Shown here in pieces: positions 39,803 to 54,240 of a stretch of DNA of 64,000 bases (its first letter is position 1; each line of letters begins with the position of its first letter). The notes below the pieces were generated by a model. The model was given only the letters and a program-made list of their open reading frames with translations. It did not search any database and had not been told where the DNA came from. Position numbers and translations under genes: made by a program. The DNA is from Octopus sinensis (taxonomy: Eukaryota), in assembly GCF_006345805.1 (NCBI RefSeq), contig NW_021836311.1, forward strand, positions 1 to 64,000, given 5' to 3'.

Positions 39803-42199
39803 GGAAAAGAATAAAGGAAGGAAGGAAGAAAGAATGATTGAAAGAAAGACGTTAGGAATGAAAGTACGAGAACGGAAGTAAATATGGTGATACTGTTGAA
39901 GAAAATGTTCAATTTAAACGAAGCTGGAATGTGGGGGGGAGTTAAAGAGAAGGAAAAAAAGATGATGGTGAAGAGGAGAAGGAAGAAAAGAGGAAGAGGA
40001 GGAGGAAGAAGGGGAAGAGAATGAGGAGGTGGTGATGGTGGTGCAGGAGGATAGGGATGGATATCATTTGTTGCAAGAAGCTTTAAGAACGTTGCTCTTT
40101 TGTTAAACGTGAATTTCACTTTTCCGGAATAGGCTGAGGAAGTGAACACTGCGTCGAATGTGATTCCTTGTATAATGGGTTCATTGCTCCGGAGTTAATA
40201 TATGGCTAGAGCTGTTCAATTTAGGGACCGAGAGAGTCGAAAGAAGTGATAGGTGATAAGATGCTGTGAATTGCAATCTTCAGTCGGCAAGATGGTTCAA
40301 TAATGACATGAGGAACCTTGCCCAAAATTATCGGATTAGTATTTTGAAACAAGTACTATAAATTCATAGGTGACGAGAGTGTGTGTTTAGCATTGTTAGG
40401 AATCTGTGGTCTTCATACATAATTCTCTGTTTTGAATGAATTCGTCAAAGAATGACCAATTGCGTTCAACTAAGATGCAGTACTCGATGTTCCTGATGTT
40501 TATATCAGTGTACGTGCTGTAGCTGGGCATTTCCTCAAACGGATTCGTTTAGTAAGTAGAGGGATTAATATATTGATTAGTCAGTCGTCGAATGTGATTT
40601 TCAATACTTTAATTTATCGATTGCTATATTGCTCGGGCGCGAAGGTCAACAGGAAGTTCTAAGTAAGGTATGTAGATGATTAAAACAATGGAAATTTAAT
40701 ACTTTAATCCAGGTGAATGAGGAGACTGACATATGTCTATAAATATACATGTGTGTGTATGTGTGTAGGTAGGTAGGTAGGTAGGTGGATATGTGGGTAG
40801 GGAGGGAGGTAGTAGGTAGGTAGGTAGGTACGTACGTACGTACGTAGCTAAATAGCGATATATCTTTGAGCCTCTTAATGAACATGCAAATCTGGTTTCA
40901 TGTATGTATGTATGTATCTTAATGTTTGAGAAGTAATGTATACGTCTATGCATCACAGTTTATTATAGATGTGCATCAAACGTTGTTTTACTGATTTCTA
41001 AGATAAAGTAAGACTTAGAAGTATTAAATAGTAGAACACACACACACACACACACAACAAATACACACACACACACATACACACACACACGTACACACAT
41101 ACATACACACGCACGCACTCACATATTTCTATACATGAGAGAGAGTTAGAGAGAAAGAGAGAGACATGGATAGATTCATAGGTAGATAGAGAGCGAAGAG
41201 AGAGGTGGGTGTAGAAAGATATCAAATAACAAAAAGACAAAACAAAATTGGCTTAAACGGAAAAATGAGAAAATAGTGAACTAGTAGACGTATCTGCACG
41301 AGGTTGCCATGGATACAAAGTGTTATCAACAATGGAACAAGACTTTCACTGTGGCTATTACAGGTCGTATTGATCTGTGTTGATCAGTAGCGCAGGTAAA
41401 TGTTGTGGCCTTATCCAATTAAACGTACAACATAGGCCTGGAAGACATACATAAGGTGAGAACACGCTCTCATGCACTTACACACATACATGCATACACA
41501 CAAGCAGAGGTAGACTTTTATGTAGATCTCTCTTTCTCTATCTATCTATCTATCTACATATATGTATAAACGCGTGTTTGTAATTTGGTGTGCATGTGTA
41601 TTTGTAATATATATATATATATATATATATACACATCTGTAAGCATACATATGTGCTTATATATATATATATATATATAATGTATGTATGTGCGTGTGTA
41701 TACACACACATATGCCCATACATACGCACATATGTGTATATACATATATATATGCACTCATGCACACGTATGTATATACATGTGTGTATGTGTGCTCCTC
41801 AGTGTGTTTGTGTATATGTGTGTGTGTTTGTGAGTGTGTGCGTTTGTGTGTATGTTTGTGTGTGTGTGTTTGTGTGGGTGTGTGTGTGTGTGTGCCTGTG
41901 TGTGTGCTTTGTGTTTACATTTTACAAACAGTGGATACATTAGTTATTTTTGCTTAAATCTATTGTTAGCAAATTTTCTCATTTTTGCTTTCTTTTTATT
42001 TCTTCTATTTAAATACACTTCCATCCTTCCGTACATTTTCATCTAATTGAAGTTATCCACTGTCTGTTGCTATGATTCAAATTTATTCTAAATCCTATCG
42101 CAGCTTCTGATGTTGCTGATCCTGTTCTTGCTCGTATCGTTGGAAAAATGCCTTCTGCTATTTGTTCCCTTTCTTTGTTTCCTGAATTCAAATGCTTAC

Positions 42200-42765
42200 C
42201 GAAGCCAACTTTGACTCTCGACGCCTCCAGGGTTGATAAAATAAAATACCAGTTATGTACTTGTGTCGGGAATATCGATTAGCGCCCTTTACCCAAATTT
42301 TGTACCTGGTTGTCTCAATCACCAACCAATGCATTGAACTGATTGCTACGTTAGGGCTTCGGCAAAGGCGTCACCTTATATTCTGGGCTCAAATCTCACC
42401 GAAATGAACTTTGGTTTTCATCCTTTCGGGATCGATAAAATAAGTGCCAGTCACATATGATCAATAATCCCCCCACTCAAAAGTATTTTGGGCCTTGTGC
42501 TTACATTGGAAAGGATTATATATTATTATTATAAACTGTAGTTTAAGGCGGTGAGCTGGCAGAATCGTAACCCACGCCAGGCTAAATGCTTAGCGCCATT
42601 TCGTCTGTCTTTACGTTTCGAGTTCAAATTCCGCCTAGGTCGACTTTGCCTTTCATCCTAACGGAGTCAATAAAATAATTACCAGTTGAGCACTGAGGTC
42701 GATGAAATTGACTTAAACCTTCCCTCGAAATTGCTGGCGTTGTGCCAAAATTTGAAGCCATTATG
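42200..42765 (+). mobile_element. Cluster of three same-orientation group A SINEs of increasing intactness
   Basis: GATAAAATAA.TACCAG block repeated three times; best copy 42545-42765. Confidence 0.7.
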
Positions 42766-42830
42766 AACTGTGGTTTATGGATTTGCAGAAATGTATCGGG
42801 GTTCAAAGTACTTTACATCATGTTTTCTGT

Positions 42831-42868
<38 letters not shown>

Positions 42869-43349
42869 TTCTATTCGTACTTTATTTTTATATCTGACAC
42901 CAATTCATCTTTCATCCTTCCTGCGTCTATAAAATAAACTACAAATAAATATGTTGATTTAATCGTCTTCTCCAAACCTTACTTAAATAAATAATTAAGT
43001 TACAAAGGAGCGTTGTATCTATGTTATTCGTTATGGCGAATCCTATGTTTCTCGAAGTCGTTGAAAAATCGCAAAAGTTTCAATAGCAGGACAAATTGCT
43101 TTCTTTTTTCATCACGTTCCATTAGTTTGTTTCTTTCCGGTTTCAAGTTCTACAGAGAATCATCTTGCTTATATTTCTTTAATTATTATTTAGGATTCGA
43201 TTTAAAAGACAACAACCGACCACTACAAAATGTAACTCGCACCATTATTAATTACCCTTCCTTGTTAAATACTGCGTTCGTTGCTGTCCTTGTACACGTT
43301 GTCCAGCCTCTGGCCATCTCTGATAGAGTGGGCCAATGACCAAAGTCAT

Positions 43350-43384
<35 letters not shown>

Positions 43385-43421
43385 GTTGCTGCTGCTGATA
43401 CAGTATTAGTATTGAGTTATC

Positions 43422-43810
43422 CTTTTCTACTCTAGGCACAACGCTCGAAATTTTGGGGCAGGGGCAGTCGATTACATCGACCCCAGTGCGTAACTGGTAC
43501 GTAATTTATCAATCCCGAAAGGAAGAAAAGCAAAGTCAACCTCGGCAGAATTTGAACTCAGAACGTAAAGACAGACGAAATACCGCCAAGCATTTCGACT
43601 GGGGTGCTTACGCTTCTTATTTCTTTATTGCTCACAAGGAGCTAAACATAGAGGCGACAAACAAGGACAAACAAAGGGATTAAGTCGATTACATCGACCC
43701 CAGTGCGTAACTGGTAGTTAATTTATCGACCCTGAAAGGATGAAAGGCAAAGTCAACCTCGGCGGAATTTGAACTCAGAACGTAACGTTTCTACAAGCTC
43801 GCCGCCTTAA
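43422..43810 (-). mobile_element. Group A1 SINE with a truncated A2 SINE (43617-43787) nested in its head
   Basis: Duplicated AGTCGATTACATCGACCCCAGTGCGTAACTGGTA; outer TSD TTGAGTTATC at 43412-43421 and 43817-43826. Confidence 0.8.
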
Positions 43811-45178
43811 TACTATTTGAGTTATCATATGATGCAGGAAATTAATTAAGCTACACTCCTCGATATATACATAGATTCGCATGCATGCACACACACATAC
43901 ACACATACATAGAAGCACGCGTGCGCGTGTCTTTTGACCGAGCCCTTCGATCTCTTCCCCTCATAACAGAATACCGAAAAAATCATTATTTTGCATTTAT
44001 AGAAATAATTACAACTTTAGCGGATGAAACCACCAACAAATTCCTCTCTGTGTATGTGTGTATATATATGTGTGTGTGTGTGTGCCTGTGTATGTGTGTG
44101 CCTGTGTGTGTGCGTGTATATATAAGGATATATATATATATGCATGTGTTTGTATATACATATACATATATATACATACATATGTGTATGTAACCATTCA
44201 CACACACACTCACACACATATATATAATTACCTTTTTATCATCCTGATGTGAAAAACGGTTGATGTTTTTAATAAAGACATCGAAGACAATAATAATAAT
44301 AGTAATAATAATAATAATAATAATATAATAATAATAATATAATAATAATAAGAAGAAGAAGAAGAAGAAGAAAAAAAAAAAGAAGAAGAAAAAAAAGAAG
44401 AAGAAGAAGAAGAAGAAGAAGAAGAAGAAGAAGAAGAAGAAGAAGAAGAAGAAATATAAAACATCAATGTTTTGGAATTTTATTTCTTTTATAATATTTT
44501 ACTTCAGCGTTTATTTTATTTTTTTCTTTTGCTCTCTTCTTTCTTTTTCTCTTTTCCCTCCTGTAATGCTTTTTTTTTTTTTTTTGCCTCTCTCTTAGAA
44601 CCGTATCTGTTGCCTTATCAGAACACTACATCTACTCTTCCAAAGCATTCAGTTAAGAAGAGAAACACAACTATTGCTATAGTATATTCTTGAAAAAAAA
44701 AGCTAAGGCTGTTCTGTCTTTTATATCGTGAAATATGCCCTTACCCACACAAGCACCTTATCCTGGAGATGCCTTGATGACATTTCCTCGCGCTTATCTT
44801 TCGAGCGTCTTGACACAATAGTTAGATAAGACAGCCGTATCTCTTATTCCGTAGTGGCGATCATTTCACTCAGAGTTCTTTCACTGTTTTGTTCCGTTTT
44901 TATTTTATTTTTCCATTCCACGAGCGATAAAAATTACAAAAGAACAACAGAAAAAGAAAAAAAAAACATTGACATGTTCAACAACAAACTAACGGCACTC
45001 CCCCCACCTACGCCTACTCTTTCATGCACATACGTATATAATATATATATAGATCATATAGTCACTTATTCGTACATATAATATAATACTATATATATAT
45101 ATTATATCTATATATATATTATATATAGATATATATATATATCATAATATATACATATATATATTCATATATATATAC

Positions 45179-45209
<31 letters not shown>

Positions 45210-45478
45210 ATAATGTAATATACATATATATATACATATACATATGTGTGTGAGTATATATTATATACATATATATATAATGTATATAATATATACTCAC
45301 ACACATCTGCATACATATATATTTGTGCGTGTATACATACATATATACACGCACACATACATTCACTCGCATGTATAGGCGATTACACGAACATACACAT
45401 CTTTGATAAATAGTTATATTTATAACTACATCCCTATTTATAAGTGTAGTACGTGTACACTAACTATATACATAAACG

Positions 45479-45515
<37 letters not shown>

Positions 45516-45577
45516 GGTATGCGTGCGAGCGTGATTTTCTTTTGGGTATGTATGTGGTGTTTTTTGCTTATATATAA

Positions 45578-45608
<31 letters not shown>

Positions 45609-46208
45609 TACGAATATATATTTATCTTCAAATCAGGGTGCTCTCTCTCATCTTTCATAGTAGAAAGTTTAAACGGTGGGCCTTGCTAGTTAGCTCAAAA
45701 TGTACAACTGTGATTTTCCCGTTACTTGTTTTCATTGATTTCAGCTCTCTCACCATCATTTTATACGCTTAGAACAAAGATATTGTATATAATCTTTGGA
45801 GTAGCCATGTATTTGAGATGTCTTCATGGCAATCGCTTGAATACGGTTTCATTCTCTGTGCGTTGTTTACTGAACAAGTGCTTTCTATTGTAATATCGAG
45901 TTGACAACAACCTTAAAAGAGAAATTTAGGAAATGGAATCTCTCTCTCACACACTCTCTCTCTCTCAGTATGCATACATACATACATATATTTTATTTTT
46001 GTATTAGGTTTACAAGATTCTTTTTGTGAAGTTGTGTGTTGAAATAAACCTTGTTCTCTTGGGAGGGTCATTACACCAATAATAATAACACACACACTGT
46101 TTTAGTATCACTTCTCAGACCATTTTCTCAATGTTTGCTCTGAGCCCCGGACCAACATTATGTGTGGTGTGTGTGTGTGTGTTGTGTGTGTGTGTTGTGT
46201 GTGTGTGT

Positions 46209-46462
46209 GTGAAAGCACGTGGCCTTATGGATAGGCTGTTGCACTTACAATCTCTAGACCGTGGGTTCGATTCCCAGACCGGGCAGCGGGTTGTGTTTTG
46301 AGCAAAACACTATTTCATGTTGCTGCAGATCCTCTTTCAGGAGGAATGTTGGCTTGCTCGCCTAGCCAGCGAGGTGGTATTGTTCGATGGCTAAAACGAT
46401 GCAAAGTGAATTATGACCAGCGGTGTGTAACAACATCTGGTCGGTCACGTGATCACATGATC
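46209..46462 (+). mobile_element. tRNA-derived SINE, group C head with a third tail type
   Basis: A-box TGGCCTTATGG, B-box GGTTCGATTCC, GTGTTTTGAGCAAAACACT, tail ...GGTCGGTCACGTGATCACATGATC. Confidence 0.75.
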
Positions 46463-47243
46463 TATGTGTGTATATATATAATATATATATATATTTATAT
46501 TGTAGCAATAAGTTGATGAATAAATATAGGATTTTCCATATTCGATACTATATGGATGCCATGTTTTTTCACGTGCATATTTTGTGTGCGGGTGTGTGCG
46601 TTTGTTTGGGTGCGTGTGTGTATGTGTGTGTATGTGTGCGTGTGTGACTGTGTGCGTATGTATTTTAATATATTGGTGTAAGTCTGTTTATCGAGCCCTA
46701 TCGATCAAAACAACCAGAAAAATAAACTTTCGTAAGCTAAAATTTCTAAATGTACGCCATAAGAAGAAACTTTAAAAAAAAAAGCATTATCAAAATATAT
46801 TCTCATATAGCTCAAGGGAGAGAACTATGAAAATAACGCGTGACAGTATGTGACGTGTTAGTTAGACCTTTGGTAGCAATGGTCGTCACACTAGGTCGAT
46901 TCGATTGAGTGAAGTCGCCCTCAGTGTTTTCCGCCTAATGTCGCTGTTAAAAAATCATTAATGTTAAACCAACCTCATCAAATTCTTTACTTGTGATGAT
47001 CTCTCAACCATACGTAAGTTAATATATGTTATGTTCCTTCTATGCCACTTCCTCTAACGGTCGTGTTTGTTATTGTGTGTAATTATGTGTGAACAGTCCT
47101 TATTTACCTTTCCACTCCAGTCAGATCAAAGAACTCACTGTCTATGGCAAAAAAGACGCGTCATTCATATATGCATAATTAAATTACAGCCGCACGAACA
47201 CGCGTTTTTTATGTCTGCATATGTGTGCTGTTTGTATTGTATG

Positions 47244-47281
<38 letters not shown>

Positions 47282-47299
47282 CTGCGTCTGTGCATATGG

Positions 47300-47338
<39 letters not shown>

Positions 47339-47363
47339 GGTGTCATGTGTATATAGGCTACAA

Positions 47364-47406
<43 letters not shown>

Positions 47407-47583
47407 CTTTTCCAAAATTGTCCTTGGCTAATTTTAGCCTTCGATTGATGATTTTCTTATTCTCGTGTGTGTGCGAGTGAGCACGCGAATCGATTTGGAA
47501 ACATTTGAACTATGGTTGATCGTTTATATACATACATATAATCTATCTATCTATCTATCTATCCATCTATATATATATATATA

Positions 47584-47710
47584 TCCTTTCTACTATAGTA
47601 ACAAGGCATGAAAGGCAAAGTCGACCTCGTCGGAGTTTGAACCTAGAACGTAACTGCAGATGAAATACCGCTAAGCATGTCGCCCGGCGTGCTAACGATT
47701 CTGCCAGCTC
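47584..47710 (-). mobile_element. SINE group A1 with internal deletion
   Basis: Tail fused directly to the ATGAAAGGCAAAGTCGACC block. Confidence 0.75.
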
Positions 47711-49339
47711 ATATATATATATATATATATATTATATTTCGAATTGATTCTTTGGGATAGGAAATGCTTCGTGAAAAGCAACACTATTTGCCTGATGAAC
47801 TTTTAGCAAGAAACAGTGAAAGGTAAGTAAATATATTTCCAAAATTAAAACGAAAAAAGAGGGTTCTATACGTCTTTAAAGGGTTGGGGTATAATAGTGA
47901 CTTGTTGATGTATATCACCACTTCCCAGTCGATAGATTTGATATGGCAACAAGAGAAGGATGGGGAGTGAAAACTATTCAGAAAGGAATAAGAAATCATA
48001 AGGAACGAGTTGCCTATACTTATAGTATAACTGAACTTCATGTTGATCTGAAATAAGAACATTAAACGGCATACTCTAAGGGCCTTAAAGAAGAAATGTC
48101 AATTGCTATGCTGAATGGGGAGTTGGGAATGTATCCGCAGGCAGTGTTAGATGACAGATTGTTGATGAAGATTATCTCAAAGGTGTATGAGAAGTTAAAG
48201 GGTTATCCCTCTGATTACATGGAATCTTTCACGGCTCCAGTAACTCGAAGCTTCTTCATAAACCCTTTCATTCCACAGAGAACCTTTGATCTGTTCACAT
48301 TAACAAGATTCTATGGTTACATTGGCCGATATTCTAGTAGATTAAAAGGGCTTCCTCGCACCTTCTAATCGATTCTATTCTTTAGTAGAAAGCTACATTG
48401 AGAGTGATTCTCAGAATCATATAGCAGAGCTGCAAAGCCCAATCAGCGAATGTGCAGGTGTATGAATGTGTGAGAGGTTGGGGGAGAGTGGGAGTAGAGA
48501 GAGGGAGATGGAGAGAAAATGAGAGATATTGAGGCTGGTGCTTGATTCTAGTTATCAAAGAAAGAAAGAACAAATATGACCTCTTCATGATTTGAACTCA
48601 GAATTCAAAGCGCCGGACCATTTATGTCAAAGTACTTGTCTAACAATCTAACAATTCTGCAAGAAAATCATCAATCGAAGGCTAAAATTAGCCAAGGACA
48701 ATTTTGGACAATCTAATTTACAGAAGATAATCTGAAAAGGAAGTGGTAGGTGTCACAGAGTCCTGTTATCCTAACAAGGTGACGCTTCCATAATTCTCTT
48801 TGTATTGACCGGCATAATTTTTAATAATTTCCATTTACTTCCCAGAAAAATTTTTCCCCCAACTTAATGTAACGTATTAAGTTTTTTGCAACACCACCCG
48901 GTGCAGGTATGCGAGCATGCGCCGTTGCAGCGCGTTGCTGCTTCCACCTTTTGTCAGAATTTGCTCGGGTCATCCTGGGCAAACCTACGTGAAACAGCCT
49001 CGTCGTTTCCTCTCTCCGTGAAATACTTCCTCATTGGTGTGACCATGAGGCATGTGACTAATTAATACGAGCCATCACTCCAGCCGGATCCTCAGAAAAG
49101 AGAACACGGTACGGAGGATCCAACTCAGGAAAACGCTTTCGAATCATAAACGCAATAGGTCTCATACCAGTTTCTGAGTATAGCCAATTGTTGGATACAA
49201 AATCAGACTAATGGTAACCCATAATCCTGCGAAGCGTCCTGGTACGGAAGGTACTCAGCTGGCCCTTAAGGGCCCCGGGAGGAGGAGACTAAGTCCCGCA
49301 ACTGTAGTGCAATGCAGGGTCAACCAGAGACCTAAAAAA

Positions 49340-49535
49340 TTCGTTAGCATTGTGTTTTTACGTCCGGTTCTCTACGTTCTAATTTGAAATCCTGCCGAGG
49401 TCAACTTTGCTTTCTTTCGGTACTGGATCAACATATGGAATTGTCATCTTAAGTATGGGGATCTATGTACACGGTTAATCCCCTTCCCTCAAAGTTCCTG
49501 GCTTTGTGTCAATGTTAGAAAGAGTTATTATTATT
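49340..49535 (+). mobile_element. Decayed SINE group A1
   Basis: CCGAGGTCAACTTTGCT block and GTTAGAAAGAGTTATTATT tail. Confidence 0.6.
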
Positions 49536-50509
49536 ATTATTATTAAAAAAATCAACATTATTATCAATAACAAGTGATGACGAGGATGGTGATGATCATC
49601 ATTATCATGATCATCATCATCATCATCATATTGTGACAATGATAACTAAATCGATATCAGTGACAGCATATATTTAAAAGCAAAAACAAACAAAATTTGG
49701 ATTTTTTTCCCACCAACAACAAAACAAACAAACTAAATCGGAAACAAGAAACAAACACATCCGCACCCATACATTCAACCACAAACATACAAACAAACAA
49801 ACAAAAACGATAGTGGCATAAAACAGACAAAAATATACAACTACGATATTTAAACGAATTAAAATTCAGTCATTTTAATTCACCTTCAATGTAAAAAAAG
49901 TCGCAATGATGTTGAGTTTGAATAACAATTTATAAAAACTGACATAAAAAATGATAATAAAAAGATATATTACGAAAATTATAAACACATGTTACGAGCA
50001 GGAGGCTTTATTTTTTGCTTGTTTTGTGTTGTTATGTTGCTCATCTTCTTTTTTAATGTTCATCTTTAAAAAAGGGTAAAGAAAAAAGGAGTTAATACGA
50101 GGATTCAAAAAAATATGGCGACTTGAAGAGTAAAAAGGGAATAAAATTTGAAAATGTGTATTGAGACAACATAATTTTTAGAGTACGGATTAGGTTTTGG
50201 GTGGGGCTGTAGAAGATAATGACTATTGTTATAATTTTAGTTATGTAGCTGATAGTGATGATGATCCAAATGATATTGTTGAAAGTTGACGAGAATGATG
50301 AAGAAGATGGCGACGATGAGAAGGATATGATCAACAACGATGAAGCCGGGGATGACTATGATGTTAATGATCATGGGGTGGATGATAATGAAGATGATAA
50401 TGAAGATGATGATGAACGTGAGGCGAATTTTAATAACCTTAAAACTAATACTGCCAGTATCTCTACGGCTGCTGCTGATAATTATATTAAGAGCAATAAT
50501 ATGAAGAGC

Positions 50510-50512
50510 ATT

Positions 50513-50545
<33 letters not shown>

Positions 50546-50608
50546 ATACTACTACTACAAACTACTAATACTACTACTACTACTACAACTACTACTACTA
50601 CTACTGCC

Positions 50609-50677
<69 letters not shown>

Positions 50678-50799
50678 AATAATAATAATAATAATAATAA
50701 TGATAATAATAATATTGGATATAATAGTTTATAATTATTAACGTTTTTCCCTTTATTATATTTCTCAATATTCAGAATATTCGTAAAAAAACAAATAAC

Positions 50800-50850
<51 letters not shown>
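50510..50850. repeat. (ACT)n-(GCT)n-(GAT)n-(AAT)n compound microsatellite
   Basis: Directly visible. Confidence 0.95.
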
Positions 50851-51490
50851 TACAGAAAAGAAAACAAGAACAGCAACGATAATAATAATGTGCTGCTCCT
50901 AGAAGATAAGAAACGTTGGTGAAATGAGGAAGATTAAAAATATGAAAAAAATATATTTAAAAAATTTAAATTAAAGAAAAATGCATAAATAAGATATGAT
51001 AACTAAAAACCAAAAAAAAAATAATAAATAATACAAATAAGGATTTTTTCGTTAAATGAACCCTCCCAATACTACTTCAACCACAACAACAATAGCACAG
51101 AAAAAAACCTTAAATAAATAAAGCAAGGTGGGATTGCGTTAATTATGTTAATTCTTAGTCCACGTGATCGTAGATTAGTTGCAAGCAATTATAATTGGAA
51201 CAAAAAGTACAGAAATAAATAAAGATGATGAAAAAGAATTTAAAAAGAAACTCGATGAAAACAAATATAAAACCTAGAAAATAACAATATTCGATTATCT
51301 TCTAGGAAGAAAACGCAGCAATTTTATTAGGCAGTCTTAGTTGTTATATATATAGAGTCCCTTTAGGATATGAACATTGAAATTAAACATTTGAAAAGAT
51401 ATTTAAAAAATGTTTGTAATGTATGTACACACGTAAACACACACATATGCATGTATATTATATATATGCATACGTATATGTGTTGTGCTA

Positions 51491-51562
<72 letters not shown>

Positions 51563-51599
51563 CCTCTCTCTCTCTCTCTATATATAATATATATAAAGA

Positions 51600-52300
51600 G
51601 AAATACGCATATTTAAGTGTTTATATGTAGAGAGAGGTCGCAAAAAGATTAAGTGAAAAGAAGTTTCTTGTTTCGCTGGTTGGTTCGATTCTGTCACGAT
51701 ATTATAGAAATATTGGATTTGAAAGCGCTAGCTGTGTTGAGATAAATGGAAAAGAAAGAAGTGTAAAAAGCAATGGGTTGGATAGATCAAGAGATTGGTT
51801 GGAGAGTGAAAGGAGTGTGAGGTAACAAATAGTGAGCTGCAAGAATGATGGACAGGTAGGAAATCCCGGTAACCAAACAGAAAATGGATGTTGACAAGGA
51901 TGTACGAACCAAAATGTAACTGATAGAATAAATAAAAAAGTTGTGGTGGAAAGAAAAAGACCAGTACTCTGTAGTACAGAAAAAGAATTAGAGAGGTAAT
52001 ATGATAAAAAAATAATGGGAGATGCAAAGAATTATATGTGTTTTGAGAAGTGGAAGAGAAAGTTAAGTACTTTAAAGAGAGTTGGACTTGATAGGTAAGT
52101 ATATACCTGGAATATTGGGGAAGGAAAATAACCAACTATTAGCCAGCAGTCCAAGCAAACATGGTAGTTAATACGAGAACGGAAGTGCTGGTATGAATAA
52201 GAGAAAAAAATGTGGAAGGTAAAATGACTGAGTTCGACAGTAGTGGGAGTAATTAGAGAGGTGACATGATAAAATGAAAGATGGGTGGGCAGGGAGAGGA
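51600..52300 (-). pseudogene. Possible heavily decayed PLE ORF (linker / GIY-YIG region)
   Basis: YHITSL/YHVTSL and HSFHSPTNLLIYPTHC resemble PLE TYHPTSL and HxFTCxSxNLIYCIxC motifs; many stops. By-eye similarity only. Confidence 0.3.
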
Positions 52301-52959
52301 GGAAATGTGAAATAATGGTGTATGAGTAACACAGTAAGAATACTAACAGAAAATAAGAAAATGAAGAAAGAACATTTCAGATATAGGACAAGGTCATTTA
52401 CATATCAAGAAGACAAGGGAATTCTCAATTATGGCGAAACTTCGCAGGATCGAACTACAGAAAGAAGACTTAGATAATCGCGAGAAGAATCAATACTCGA
52501 TGTGAAATGGAGATAATTGCTATAAGGAAACCTAGAAGTGGAGAATGACTTGAAGCAAAAAGATTAAAAATTACTGACCAGTGTTTGAAAGGAACCTTAT
52601 CAATATTGACAAGTACTGTTCTTGTGTGAAGAAGCATACATACCTAAGTACACGCATATACAAACGTATGGGATCTTATTTGTAACTCCTGGTATTATAT
52701 TCGCATAACATGGACAAGCTACTTGGAATAATGACCATACGATTGCTGGGTTTGAGTGTCAATATGGTTTTTAAAAAGCAATATCCAACAAAATATACCC
52801 TGTTTCGTCCACGTCAAAGATAAATTAGTAACAAGGAATAGTTCTTTATATAGAGGTAAGAAAAATGACAGATAAATGCGGGAAGATATAGTCAAACCGA
52901 TAGGAGCAAATTTATTGGGGGCGTGAATCTGAGTCTGCTGTGATAAGAGATGATGGTGA

Positions 52960-53690
52960 TAATGATATATGGTCATCATTATCAATGTCTCAACTTGTCT
53001 AATGAAAGCAAGTCCTCTTGCAAGAACATTCAGTAACTTTCAGTTAAAGCTGTTTCCATGTTACAACCTTTTCCCCATCTCTTTCTATATTTTATTAATG
53101 ATATATTTCCTGAAACGTAAAAGGACTGTTATTTTCCATATAACTCCTATCGTCTCTACTCTGCATACAGGACGGTATACTATAGCTGATCATCGATTAT
53201 TCTTTATTGACCCCAAACTTCGGAAATTATTGGAACTGCTAGCATTCCTTGTTAATATTTAACTTCCCTAGCTTTTTTATTTGAAAGAATTTTTCAATCC
53301 GGTTGCTGCGATTTTATTTTCTCTTAGACACTCCATGTTAAAATGTGACTATGTTATTAAGGTATTTTGTATTATTATGCCACTTTACCTAAAGGGTTTC
53401 AATACTGCCCAGCTGAACTTCGATTTTCATCGTGTCACGATCAATAACTTAAATACTTATTGAAAACCGGATTATATTTAATCGATAGTTTATTGTCATC
53501 ACCGTTGTTGCGTGCAAACCCTCGAGGCTGTCCAAATTAAATACTCCACCGTTCATAACTTTCCTATTGGTGTTCACTTTCAAATGTCGAAGAGAAACAT
53601 TCAAGATGTTAAATTCGTCTGCGTATGAAAGCCAGAAGCACTGCCCCTTCATTCAGATCTAGCAACACAAATATATTACATGAAATAGTG
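52960..53690 (+). pseudogene. Decayed Penelope-like ORF C-terminus (RT-EN linker and GIY-YIG tail)
   Basis: PIVSTLH...TIADH...DPKLRKL and NFPIGVHFQMSKRNIQDVKFVCV resemble PLE linker and PVxxHFxxxxHSxxDxxV motifs; stops present. Confidence 0.45.
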
Positions 53691-53923
53691 ATTATCTTTA
53701 TTGATAACGAGGGAACAGGTAATGCGTGTTCTCTATTTGGTGCTATACACTAAGATTTAAGCAAAAAGTCTGGGGTGAGAGGAAGCAACAGTAATTGTTT
53801 AAGTACAAAATGTAACATTTTACTTTCTACATACTAAATAGTATGTCGCGTGAGGAACAGGTTTTAAAAATAGCATAGCAAAGGGTCTCTCTCGTTCTCT
53901 CTCTCTCTCACTCACACACACGC

Positions 53924-54240
<317 letters not shown>

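Noticed and set aside
39900-40560. Possible LINE ORF1 remnant on the - strand
   Set aside because: Stops in all frames and no diagnostic motif such as a zinc knuckle.
47784-47835. CTGATGA...GAAACAGTG hammerhead-like spacing
   Set aside because: Stem II does not pair properly and there is no NUH in register; compatible with chance.
48096-48368. 90-aa ORF / possible decayed retroelement on either strand
   Set aside because: No convincing motif in any frame.
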